Assembly (NCBI RefSeq): GCF_000010065.1
Contig: NC_006576.1
Location: 510,001-542,000, forward strand
Length of the DNA: 32,000 nt
Reading direction: 5' to 3'
DNA from: Synechococcus elongatus PCC 6301
Lineage (GTDB): Bacteria > Cyanobacteriota > Cyanobacteriia > Synechococcales > Synechococcaceae
The position numbers and the translations under genes were made by a program. Below the pieces are notes generated by a model. The model saw only the letters and a list, made by a program, of their open reading frames with translations, ran no database searches and was not told where the DNA came from. Positions 19,653 through 27,952 of the stretch are shown here, in pieces. How positions within the stretch are numbered: position 1 is the stretch's first letter; every line of letters begins with the position of its first letter.

Positions 19653-22106
19653 TTAGGTCAAAATCATGCCACCCATCAAGCGTCGGTAGCGAGCCTCGAG
19701 TTCTTGTTTGAGTAAAGGCGATCGCGTTAGCTCAGGATCTTGCTCAATCAACTGCTCAGCCGTAGTTCGAGCCAGATCGAGTACATCTTGATCTTCCACT
19801 AGGCTAGCAAGGGCAAAATCCGGTAGGCCAGACTGGCGTGTGCCCAAGACTTGTCCAGGTCCTCGTAGCCGCAAATCCATTTCAGCAATGAAGAAGCCGT
19901 CTTGGGATTGCTCCATCACCTTAAGGCGCTGTTGTGCAGTCTCGCTGCGCGACGCACTCATCAGTAAGCAATAGGAACGAGCAGCACCACGCCCGACCCG
20001 ACCCCGCAATTGGTGCAACTGGGAGAGTCCAAATCGCTCAGCATGTTCAATTAGCATGACCGTGGCATTGGGGACATCAACGCCGACTTCGACCACAGTT
20101 GTTGAAACCAATATGTCGGTTTGGCGATCGCGAAAAGCAGCGATCGCAGCATCTTTTTCCGCCGAGCTCATCCGTCCGTGCAGCAAGCCAATCTGGAATT
20201 CTGGAAAGACTTGGGAGAGGCGTTGATATTCTTCGATCGCCGATCGCAGATCGAGTTTTTCTGACTCCTCAACCAGCGGCAGGACAACGTAAACCTGACG
20301 ACCTTGGGCAATTTCCCGTCGCATCAAATCATGGGCATGGTGGCGATCGCTCGGCCCTAGAGCAGTCGTTTGAATCGGTTGCCGACCGGGCGGTAATTCA
20401 TCAATTTGGCTAACTTCCAAATCGCCATGCAAAGTCAGTGCCAAGGTCCGCGGAATTGGCGTCGCTGTCATCGTCAGCACATGGGGGTTGACGCCTTTTT
20501 GCTGCAATTTTGCTCGCTGTGCCACGCCGAACCGATGCTGCTCATCAATTACCACGAGGCCAAGATTCTGGAAGTCAACCGGATCCTGAATCAAAGCATG
20601 GGTACCAACCAGCAAAGGTAATTCACCTGTTGCGAGCGATCGCTGAATTTCCCGCCGTTTTGCCGCCCGTGTAGAACCCGTCAATAACTCCACCGGCAGA
20701 TGAAGTTGGGTGCACCAATCTACCAGTTTGCGATAGTGCTGCTCGGCCAAGACCTCGGTTGGGGCCATCAGTGCGCCTTGGTAGCCCGCTTGAATCGCCG
20801 CAAGCAGACTGACGATCGCCACCACTGTTTTCCCTGAGCCGACATCACCTTGCACGAGCCGATTCATTGGCCAAGGTTGCTGCAGGTCCGTCAGGATGTC
20901 GTTGACGACGCGCTGTTGTGCACCCGTCAGTTGAAAGGGCAGGAGTTGATAAAAGCGATCAATCAACTCACCAGTTGGGGCCAAAACCGCCGCTGCTGCC
21001 GCTGCTCGTTGTCGGGCTCGTCGCTGCAACAAGCCCAGCTGGAGGTAGAGAAATTCATCAAAGACCAGTCGCCGGCGAGCCTGTTGCAGAAGTTCTGGCG
21101 TTTCGGGGAAGTGAATGGCTGCGATCGCTTGATTCAGAACCAAGAGCTGATGTTGCTCGCGCAGCACGGTGGGCAAAGGATCCCGCAGTTGCTCTGCAGC
21201 CGGTAACGCCTGGACGATCGCTCGGCGCAGGGTGTCGGCAGCAACGCCCTCAGTCAGCGGGTAGATCGGGACAATTCGACCAACTTTGAGCGAGGCGATC
21301 GGGCTGTCAGGACTGTCGAGAACTTCGATCTCTGGGTTGTCGAGGGTGACGCCGTACTTGCTGCGTTTGACTAACCCCGAGGCCGCAATCATCGTGCCCG
21401 GTGGGTAAAGGCGTCGCTGTTGTTCCTGCCAACCGCGACCACTGTAACGAGTTCCCATGAAAAAGCGGCTGAGCCGGAGCTGACCACTGCCATCGCGCAC
21501 CACCAGCTCCAAGATCGTCAGCTTGGCATTGCGCGGACTGGTGAAGCAGGTACAGCGCTGAACCGCACCGATCAAGGTAGCAGTTTCGCCGGGTTCAAGG
21601 GCGCGAATATTGACTTGGCGGGCGTAATCGACGTAGTTGCGAGGGTAGTGATGGAGCAGATCGCGAACGGTGCGCAGCTCCAGCCGTTCTAGTTGCGCAG
21701 CAACGCGTGGCCCAACACCCTTGAGATAGGTCAGCGCCTGATCTAGCGCCATCTGACCTGTGGTCGTTGCGACGGGCGATTGACTGCGGGGTAAGCGCCG
21801 GACTGGTGGCGAGTTTTCACTGACGCGGGCTTGACTGCGCCGCTGTTGTTCATGAATTTGACGCCGTGTATTAGCCACGAGGTGTTGTCGCTGGCTGGCA
21901 CTCAGGTCGCCGTAGCGTTGATAGGCTTGGGCCAATTGCTGCCAGCGTTCATCTGCGATCGCGGTGGCAGCCTCTTGCAACGCTTGACTGAGAAATTCAC
22001 TGAAGCGAGCCTGTCGCCCAACCAAATCGCCAAAGCCCTGCTCCGCCTCGATCGCCAAGGCTTGTTGCAGGCGACGCCAATCGGGAGCTGGGCTGGCCGC
22101 TGTCAT
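19653..22106 (-). CDS. recG: ATP-dependent DNA helicase RecG
   Basis: 817 aa. SF2 helicase motifs are present (GDVGSGKTVVA, DEQHRFG, MTATPIPRTL, QLRGRVGRG), with the wedge/OB region upstream. Confidence 0.95.
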   Translation of the reverse strand: MTAASPAPDWRRLQQALAIEAEQGFGDLVGRQARFSEFLSQALQEAATAIADERWQQLAQAYQRYGDLSASQRQHLVANTRRQIHEQQRRSQARVSENSPPVRRLPRSQSPVATTTGQMALDQALTYLKGVGPRVAAQLERLELRTVRDLLHHYPRNYVDYARQVNIRALEPGETATLIGAVQRCTCFTSPRNAKLTILELVVRDGSGQLRLSRFFMGTRYSGRGWQEQQRRLYPPGTMIAASGLVKRSKYGVTLDNPEIEVLDSPDSPIASLKVGRIVPIYPLTEGVAADTLRRAIVQALPAAEQLRDPLPTVLREQHQLLVLNQAIAAIHFPETPELLQQARRRLVFDEFLYLQLGLLQRRARQRAAAAAAVLAPTGELIDRFYQLLPFQLTGAQQRVVNDILTDLQQPWPMNRLVQGDVGSGKTVVAIVSLLAAIQAGYQGALMAPTEVLAEQHYRKLVDWCTQLHLPVELLTGSTRAAKRREIQRSLATGELPLLVGTHALIQDPVDFQNLGLVVIDEQHRFGVAQRAKLQQKGVNPHVLTMTATPIPRTLALTLHGDLEVSQIDELPPGRQPIQTTALGPSDRHHAHDLMRREIAQGRQVYVVLPLVEESEKLDLRSAIEEYQRLSQVFPEFQIGLLHGRMSSAEKDAAIAAFRDRQTDILVSTTVVEVGVDVPNATVMLIEHAERFGLSQLHQLRGRVGRGAARSYCLLMSASRSETAQQRLKVMEQSQDGFFIAEMDLRLRGPGQVLGTRQSGLPDFALASLVEDQDVLDLARTTAEQLIEQDPELTRSPLLKQELEARYRRLMGGMILT

Positions 22107-22115
22107 AGCTGCAGG

Positions 22116-23024
22116 TCAACGATCCTGATTCCAAGCAAACCGCCAAGCGGCTTCCGCTTGAGCGATCGCCTGGCGTTGTTCTTCAGCCGTCACCAAGCGT
22201 CCCAATTGCTTGAGCTGGCGCTGGCAGTCGCGCAGTTGCCGCCGCGCTAACCGCAGCTCAGGCACAGCAAACTCCAAGTCTGCCAACCGCAGGTAGATGG
22301 CGGCTAGCTGAATTGTGGTGCTTTCCTCCTCCTCACTCTCGTCTGCAGGCGCCGTGGTGATGTTCAGCATCAAGATATTGGGCGGGCCAGACTGCTGCTC
22401 AGCTCCGTCATTTTTGATGGCGGCCTCCAGCATCTGGGGCGGAATGCCGCTGCGGATAATCCCCATTTTTTCGAGCAGACGGTTGGCCTGACGGGAAGTG
22501 TGGCGCAGTTGCCGCACAAGGGAGCGATTGAGCGATTGCTGCCAAGCGTAGATTGCTGCGGGGTGGGCCGGCGGAATCTGTTGGAGGTAGCTGAGGTCGA
22601 GCTCCAACGGTTTGCTTTCAGGTTCGGCGGGCGTTTCAGTTTCAGTCTCAGTCGGGGCTAGCTGGGTGGCCGTGGCTTCTGCCTCGGGTTCAGAACTGTT
22701 GCAGCTCGAGTCAGCCTCACTGGCCGTTTGAGCCAGTTGTTCAGCAATCTCGGCTTCGGCGATCGCTCGCTTCTTGGCTGCTTCTAGCAGCTGGTTGACC
22801 GTGAGGTTGGCAACCGTTGCTTCTCCAAGCTGACGGAGATTTTGCTGCAGCGATCGCTGTTTCGCTTCATCGAGCGCCACAAATTGCTCAGGGTAAAGCT
22901 GCGTGCAAAGCTGATAACCCGCTTGGATCAGCTGCTCTTGCACGGTGGCAGCCAAAGCTGCGAGGTAGTTGCCATAGACAGCGCTGAATTGTTGAGCCAG
23001 TTTTTCGGCTTGCTGACTGAGCAT
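22116..23024 (-). CDS. conserved-looking hypothetical protein with acidic low-complexity centre
   Basis: The track ORF 22116..23051 starts at GTG; the first ATG is at 23022-23024. The central region reads TETETETPAEPESKP. The stop is only 9 nt upstream of the recG start, so co-transcription is likely. Confidence 0.55.
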   Translation of the reverse strand: MLSQQAEKLAQQFSAVYGNYLAALAATVQEQLIQAGYQLCTQLYPEQFVALDEAKQRSLQQNLRQLGEATVANLTVNQLLEAAKKRAIAEAEIAEQLAQTASEADSSCNSSEPEAEATATQLAPTETETETPAEPESKPLELDLSYLQQIPPAHPAAIYAWQQSLNRSLVRQLRHTSRQANRLLEKMGIIRSGIPPQMLEAAIKNDGAEQQSGPPNILMLNITTAPADESEEEESTTIQLAAIYLRLADLEFAVPELRLARRQLRDCQRQLKQLGRLVTAEEQRQAIAQAEAAWRFAWNQDR

Positions 23025-23165
23025 GGTTTTGGATTCCTCAAGGGAAACCACGGCATCACTCCTAAGGCGATCGGTGCAGCCTCAGCGGGCGAGACTGACT
23101 ATTCCTCCACAATAGCGACTGGCGGAGACCCGCGATTCGCTGGACTTTCTGTACGATCGCCTTGA

Positions 23166-23477
23166 TCAGTCCGGGAACCACTCACTGGCCCGAGCGCCCA
23201 ATTCAATCGGAATGCTAACCGCCTTCCCCAAGCGAGGTTTTTCGCGGGTTTCGCGAATGGTTTGGGCGATCGCCTCAGCAGCCCCTAGGGCGACGAGGTA
23301 GCTCGCGACCTCATTTAGGTGAGAAAAATACTCCCCTTCATCCATGGGAAAGGAGGCCTGCTCTAGGTACTTCCACATAATCTGCAGGAAGATTTTGCCC
23401 TGGGTACGTCGTAGCTGCAGGCCGTAGGAATAGCCCCAGCGATCGAGCAAGAGCTGATGCAGTCCTTTTCCGGTCAT
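23166..23477 (-). CDS. DUF3067-like protein (cyanobacteria/plastid-lineage family)
   Basis: From ATG 23475-23477 the protein reads MTGKGLHQLLLDRWGYSYGLQLRRTQGKIFLQIMWKYLEQASFPMDE... This matches my recollection of the DUF3067 signature. The track ORF extends to 23537. Confidence 0.6.
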   Translation of the reverse strand: MTGKGLHQLLLDRWGYSYGLQLRRTQGKIFLQIMWKYLEQASFPMDEGEYFSHLNEVASYLVALGAAEAIAQTIRETREKPRLGKAVSIPIELGARASEWFPD

Positions 23478-23806
23478 TACGCAGGGTCCTTCGGCAAGCA
23501 AATCTTCAGCAGGTGAGCTAGGGAACAGTGCCACCATCGCTGGGCGATCGGCAGACTGTCGCTTTAATTGTCCCCTTCTCGGACTCTCCAGTACCTAGGA
23601 CAGCTGTGCGATCGGACAGTCTCTGGGCTGCTGACGATTCTGAGAAAGAAACGCGATCGGGCTGGGCTCAGCCGAAGAGTCTGGCTGGGACGCAGCAGAG
23701 CGGCTCACAAGTCAAGTTGTTGTTCGCGTGAAGTCAAAGACCGATCGCTTGCCAATCCACACAATGAATTCATGGCAATTCAATCTTCCCTTCGGTACAG
23801 ACAACG

Positions 23807-24223
23807 ATGATGCTAACCAATGATTTAATCACCTCTGAAAACGTTTCCAAGGATCTCCTCAAGGCAATCTATGATGCCGCATTTATGGAGACTGCTTGGG
23901 ATGATGACGGCGACCTGAAAATCAATGAGGACATCGGTTGTTCAGTCTTTATTTCAGACAATCAAGAAAAAATCACCTTCCTACGGGTGTTTAGATTTGA
24001 AGAAGGTGTGAGTCGCGCTGATCGGCTGGAGTTTGTCAATCGGATCAATGACAAATACAGCTTCGTCCGAGCCATGTTGACGACATACGACACCTTGGCG
24101 TTTGACCATGACCTGTTCATCAAGGGCGGTATCTCCAAGAAGAACTTGGTTTTAGCGACTCGATTTTTCTTGTCCATCCCCCTCGATGCAATTAATGACT
24201 GCGGCGAGGAGCTCGTGGCCTAG
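23807..24223 (+). CDS. YbjN-like (type III secretion chaperone-fold, 'sensory transduction regulator' family) protein
   Basis: 138 aa and acidic. The pattern ..ITFLRVFRFEEGVSRADRLEFVNRINDKYSFVRAML...LFIKGGISKKNLVLATRFF resembles YbjN/PF10722-type proteins as I recall them. The gene is low in GC (26/60 in line 23821-23880). Confidence 0.5.
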   Translation: MMLTNDLITSENVSKDLLKAIYDAAFMETAWDDDGDLKINEDIGCSVFISDNQEKITFLRVFRFEEGVSRADRLEFVNRINDKYSFVRAMLTTYDTLAFDHDLFIKGGISKKNLVLATRFFLSIPLDAINDCGEELVA

Positions 24224-24246
24224 TCTGAATTGCGATTGATTATTAG

Positions 24247-24278
24247 TCCCCTGTGGTCCTTTGGCTGCAGGGGATTTT
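24247..24278 (+). terminator. rho-independent terminator after the YbjN-like gene
   Basis: TCCCCTG (24247-24253) pairs with CAGGGGA (24268-24274), followed by TTTT (24275-24278). It lies 24 nt after the stop codon. Confidence 0.6.
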
Positions 24279-24370
24279 GGTCGAGGCAGTCTTTTCCTTG
24301 TTCGCGCCAGAAACATGAACTTCTGGGTTGAAGCGTTGATTATCGGGGGTATCGAACTTACTCACGCTCC

Positions 24371-25159
24371 ATGAAACCGCGCAAATCGCTCGATTCCCTT
24401 CACGGTCAGGTGCATCGCTTCATCGGCGTTGTCGATCGCTTTGGACGCTTTGAGCACTCCACCAAAGGCTCACAAGAAACGATTTGCATTCGAGACCTGC
24501 ACTTGGCAGATACCGACACGCCAATCACGCCTGATCACTGGTGGTTTAAGCTGCGTGACATTTGGCTGGATGCAGGCGTCCGGGTCGGCGATCGCGTCTT
24601 GTTCACCGTGAAGGTGCAGCGGGGCTCGAAGGGCGTGGATGGCCCGGACGTGAAGGAGAGCGACAACCCCCGTCGTCAGGTAATGGGCTGCGGCAGCAAA
24701 CCCCGTAGCGTGGCAGTTCTACAGCGGGCCAATCATCCCAAGGTCGAACTGGAAGCGCTGCAACGAGAACAAGCACGAGAGCGGGTGCAACTGGCTCAGG
24801 CCCAGCAGGAATGTCAGCGTCTGCAGCAAGTGCAGGAGCAGCTGGTCGAGCAGAACGAAACTTTAGCTCAGAAACTCGCGATCGCGCGGACAGAACTCGA
24901 GCAAGAACAGCAAGCCTTGCAGCAGCTTGAGCGAGCCTACACCCAACTGCGGTTTGCCCTGCGCCGCAGCCAGCATTGGAGTCGCCCCGTTTTGACGGCG
25001 GGCACTGCGTTGGCAATTGGCTTCGGAACAGGCTTCGGCGTGGTTCAAGTCTCACCCTTCGCGCCCTGTGCTCGCGGGAGTGCCCTGCCCTTGAAAATCT
25101 CTTGGGTCGATCAGCCGAGCGCCATCCCTCTGAAACTCAATCACCATGCCCATTTCTAG
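24371..25159 (+). CDS. hypothetical protein: N-terminal globular domain, Q/E/L-rich coiled coil, C-terminal TM anchor
   Basis: 262 aa with an ATG start. Residues from about 120 to 200 (LEALQREQARERVQLAQAQQECQRLQQVQEQLVEQNETLAQKLAIARTELEQEQQALQQLERAY) are heptad-like. A hydrophobic segment follows (VLTAGTALAIGFGTGFGVVQV). No family was recognised. Confidence 0.5.
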   Translation: MKPRKSLDSLHGQVHRFIGVVDRFGRFEHSTKGSQETICIRDLHLADTDTPITPDHWWFKLRDIWLDAGVRVGDRVLFTVKVQRGSKGVDGPDVKESDNPRRQVMGCGSKPRSVAVLQRANHPKVELEALQREQARERVQLAQAQQECQRLQQVQEQLVEQNETLAQKLAIARTELEQEQQALQQLERAYTQLRFALRRSQHWSRPVLTAGTALAIGFGTGFGVVQVSPFAPCARGSALPLKISWVDQPSAIPLKLNHHAHF

Positions 25160-25241
25160 TGGATTTTGATGTTCGCACTGAAAACCAGCGGCAGACAGCT
25201 GCTTTGAAGACACTGTTGTTATCGCCTCAGGAAAAGCCAAG

Positions 25242-25547
25242 ATGAACTTGATTCCCCTCCCTACGATCGCTCTGGTTGCCAGCCAAGACATCCCTTTTCA
25301 AATTAGTTTCGTTGTCGTGGTCTTCTTAGTACTCAACTCCTTCGTCTGGAATCCGGCGATCGCCCAGCCCAAGTCGGAGCCGAGAACTGCCGCGATCGCC
25401 GATCCAGAAGAGGACTATCTACCGAAGGAATATCAGAAGGTCGGCCCTTCGCCCGCCGAGATGGAAGCGGTATGCCGCAGGGAAGTTTCGGAGCTGTCGT
25501 TAAATGAGTGGCAAGCGCTGCTCTCTGCCTCGAAGCGGCAGGCTTAG
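25242..25547 (+). CDS. small putative secreted protein (hypothetical)
   Basis: 101 aa. ATG is preceded by AGGAAAAG. The hydrophobic N-terminus is ISFVVVVFLVLNSFVWNPAIAQP, followed by a charged mature part. Confidence 0.4.
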   Translation: MNLIPLPTIALVASQDIPFQISFVVVVFLVLNSFVWNPAIAQPKSEPRTAAIADPEEDYLPKEYQKVGPSPAEMEAVCRREVSELSLNEWQALLSASKRQA

Positions 25548-25636
25548 GCAAACGATCCCATCGACGAGTTGTCTGGGGCGTCTGCTGGGGCTGGCCTTAG
25601 CAGTCTTGTTACAGCAGTCTGCGGGATGGTCGCCAA

Positions 25637-26353
25637 CTAGCGCAGAGCCTCTAACTGAGCCGCTTGAATCTGGGCAATTCCCTGCTCAGCTAGATCCAAA
25701 ATGTGATTGAGCTGCGTGCGGCTGAAAGGGTTGGCCTCCGCTGTACCTTGAATTTCGATCAGCTCGCCGCGATCGCCCATCACCACATTGCAATCCACGT
25801 CGGCTTGGACATCCTCGGGATAGTCCGGATCCAGAAACGCTTCGCCACCAATCAAGGCCACGGAAACGGCTGCAATCGATCGCTGAATCGGGGACTCCGT
25901 CAGCTCTCCTTGAGCGATCAACTGGGCGATCGCATCCTGAAGTGCGACCCAGCTGCCATTGATCGCGGTAGTGCGCGTTCCGGCATCCGCTTGCAGAACA
26001 TCGGCGTCAATCAGAAGGGTACGCTCACCCAACTTTTTCAGGTCGATCGCCGCCCGTAAACTCCGGCCAATCAAGCGCTGAATCTCCTGCGTGCGTCCCG
26101 ACAGTTTCAGCCATTCCCGCGACTGGCGATCGGGGGTCGCCCCGGGCAACATGCGATATTCTGCCGTCAGCCAACCCTGCCCTTGGCCCGTCAGCCAGCG
26201 CGGCACACCCGCCTGAATCGTCACAGTACAGAGCACCTGCGTCTGCCCAAACTGAGCCAGAACTGAGCCGGCTGGAAATTGGGTGAAGCGCCGCTGAAAG
26301 GCGATCGCTCGCAACTGATCGGGGCGGCGACCATCGGGACGAATCCAAGCCAT
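25637..26353 (-). CDS. rph: ribonuclease PH
   Basis: 238 aa. The N-terminus [11 protein letters not shown] and the phosphate-binding motif ADAGTRT are typical RNase PH features. Confidence 0.93.
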
Positions 26354-26424
26354 GCGGGCCAGCTCTTTGAAGGTTTCCTTTAGCCTATCAAGCTAGTAAG
26401 CACTACAAATAGTGCCAGGTTTTT

Positions 26425-26441
26425 CTGAAATAGAATTTCAG
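26425..26441. promoter_or_regulatory. perfect dyad CTGAAAT-AGA-ATTTCAG in the divergent rph / cobA-like promoter region
   Basis: Read directly. A second small dyad, CACTA-CAAA-TAGTG, lies at 26401-26414. Both sit inside the 116-bp divergent intergenic region. Confidence 0.25.
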
Positions 26442-26469
26442 CGCTATATTTAGAATCCAGTTCCCCGGT

Positions 26470-27033
26470 ATGGAGCGCCTCATGGTCTCTCAGCTCAAAC
26501 CGTCTTTGCTGTCTGTGGTGTCTCCCGCCAAGCCCAGCCAGCCCCTGCCGACGGTCGAGGGACTGGTGCAGATTTTTACCGCCAGCCAGCGTGGCTTCTT
26601 CACGAGCGTGATGTCCCAGGCACTCCGCCTGGCCGGACAAGGCACCACCGTTCTGGTCATCCAGTTCTTGAAAGGGGGCTGCCAGCAGGGCCCTGATCAG
26701 CCCATTCGTCTGGGCCAAAATCTGGAGTGGGTGCGATTGGGCGTGCCGAACTGCCTCGATACACCTCAGGTAGATGAGAGTTCCGCGATCGCCCTCAAGG
26801 AACTCTGGAGATTTGCGATCGCTGCGATCGATAGCGGTCGCTATGAACTCGTGGTTCTTGACGAATTGACCTTAGCTGTTGACTTTGGCCTGATCGCCGA
26901 GGCGGAGGTTGTAGAGCTGCTGCGCCATCGGCCTCAGCACGTCGATGTGATTTTGACAGGGCCGCGGGTGTCAGAATCGCTGCTGGCGATCGCCGATCAA
27001 ATTACGGAACTACGCCGAGGCAGTCGCTATTGA
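26470..27033 (+). CDS. CobA/CobO/BtuR-family (cob(I)yrinic acid a,c-diamide adenosyltransferase-like) protein with degenerate P-loop
   Basis: 187 aa. Family-typical blocks are present: VLVIQFLKG, ELVVLDELTLAVDFGLI, DVILTGP and ADQITELR. The position of the Walker-A GNGKGKTT reads TASQRGFFTS. Confidence 0.75.
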   Translation: MERLMVSQLKPSLLSVVSPAKPSQPLPTVEGLVQIFTASQRGFFTSVMSQALRLAGQGTTVLVIQFLKGGCQQGPDQPIRLGQNLEWVRLGVPNCLDTPQVDESSAIALKELWRFAIAAIDSGRYELVVLDELTLAVDFGLIAEAEVVELLRHRPQHVDVILTGPRVSESLLAIADQITELRRGSRY

Positions 27034-27165
27034 GTGGCGGATCGATGGGCGACCCGAGGATACCCTGCTTCTGGGCAAAGCCTGCCCATAATGGGTCTAA
27101 GCGATCCTGCTCTGAGGGGCGATCGCTGCTGTTGCGAGCAAGCAGGAGCCGCCAAAGTGATTGAA

Positions 27166-27657
27166 ATGAAAGTGGCCGGCATTGCCCTCGAGGCTGCCAC
27201 CCGCAGCCCCATCGTGCTGCTGCGCGATTCTAGCGATCGCCGCGCGCTACCTATCTGGATTAGTCAGGACCAGGCCAAAGCGATCCTAGCGGTGCTAGAG
27301 AATCAAACACCGCCGCGACCGCTCACCCACGATTTGATGGCAGAACTCCTGCTGCAATGGGATTTGACGCTGGAGAGTGTGGTCATTCACTCGCTCCAGA
27401 ACAATACTTTTTATGCCAGCTTGCGGGTACGCCAAGGCGAGGCAGTCAAGGAACTCGATGCGCGACCGAGTGATGCGATCGCCCTTGCGTTGCGGACTCA
27501 AGCCACAATTTGGGCGATGGAAGAGGTGATTGCTGAGGCTTCGATTCCAGTGGATCAGGAAGCGGATGAAGCCGAGCAAGAAGCCTTCCGGGACTTCCTT
27601 TCGGAGATCAATCCCGCCGATTTGATTCAGCACCATCGCACACAGCGGGGCAACTGA
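27166..27657 (+). CDS. bifunctional nuclease (BFN/DUF151) family protein
   Basis: From ATG 27166 the protein reads MKVAGIALEAATRSPIVLLRDSSDRRALPIWISQDQAKAILAVLENQTPPRPLTHDLM...DARPSDAIALALR. This is the DUF151 signature. The track ORF starts at 27034. Confidence 0.75.
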   Translation: MKVAGIALEAATRSPIVLLRDSSDRRALPIWISQDQAKAILAVLENQTPPRPLTHDLMAELLLQWDLTLESVVIHSLQNNTFYASLRVRQGEAVKELDARPSDAIALALRTQATIWAMEEVIAEASIPVDQEADEAEQEAFRDFLSEINPADLIQHHRTQRGN

Positions 27658-27842
27658 GACGGGCAGCTGACTCTCCCTAGCTGCCGCGATCGTCTGCGGG
27701 TCCTCCATCCTGCCGTAGCAGCTTGCAAGCTAGTGAGGACGATCTAGTTCTAATGGATTGGTGTAGGTGCAACAGCCTCTGTCCGTGGAGGGTGCGCAAT
27801 CACCCCTACACCCATGCAACAAGATTTCGGATGAGACTGATC

Positions 27843-27920
27843 GGCTCGATCACGATGGCTACGGGTAAAACTCGCCGGTGTTGACCACAGGTTTGAGGCT
27901 AATGAGCTCAGACAGAAACG
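27843..27920. repeat. copy A of an imperfect ~75-nt direct repeat (partner at 29859-29930)
   Basis: Hand alignment gives 54/72 identical positions plus one 6-nt indel. The core is TAAAACT[C/A]GCCGGTGTT (16/17 identical). Confidence 0.5.
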
Positions 27921-27952
27921 TCCTAACTCTCTACTCAATGCAATAACCTGCC

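Noticed and set aside
23774-24234. 8-nt inverted match GCAATTCA (23774-23781) / TGAATTGC (24227-24234) flanking the YbjN-like gene, as possible terminal inverted repeats of an insertion.
   Set aside because: Eight nucleotides is too short to be meaningful. There are no target-site duplications and no extension of the match.
27658-27952. Possible known riboswitch (TPP, cobalamin, fluoride, ZTP or guanidine) in the structured 295-bp leader of the aldo/keto reductase gene. Local stems include GGCAGCT...AGCTGCC, the AGCTTGCAAGCT palindrome and GGTGTAGG...CCTACACC.
   Set aside because: None of the signature boxes I know is present (CUGAGA plus the ACCUGAUCUGGAUAAUGCCAGCG-type core for TPP, the B12 box, and the others). 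Only generic hairpins are visible. The region is retained only as context for the repeat finding.
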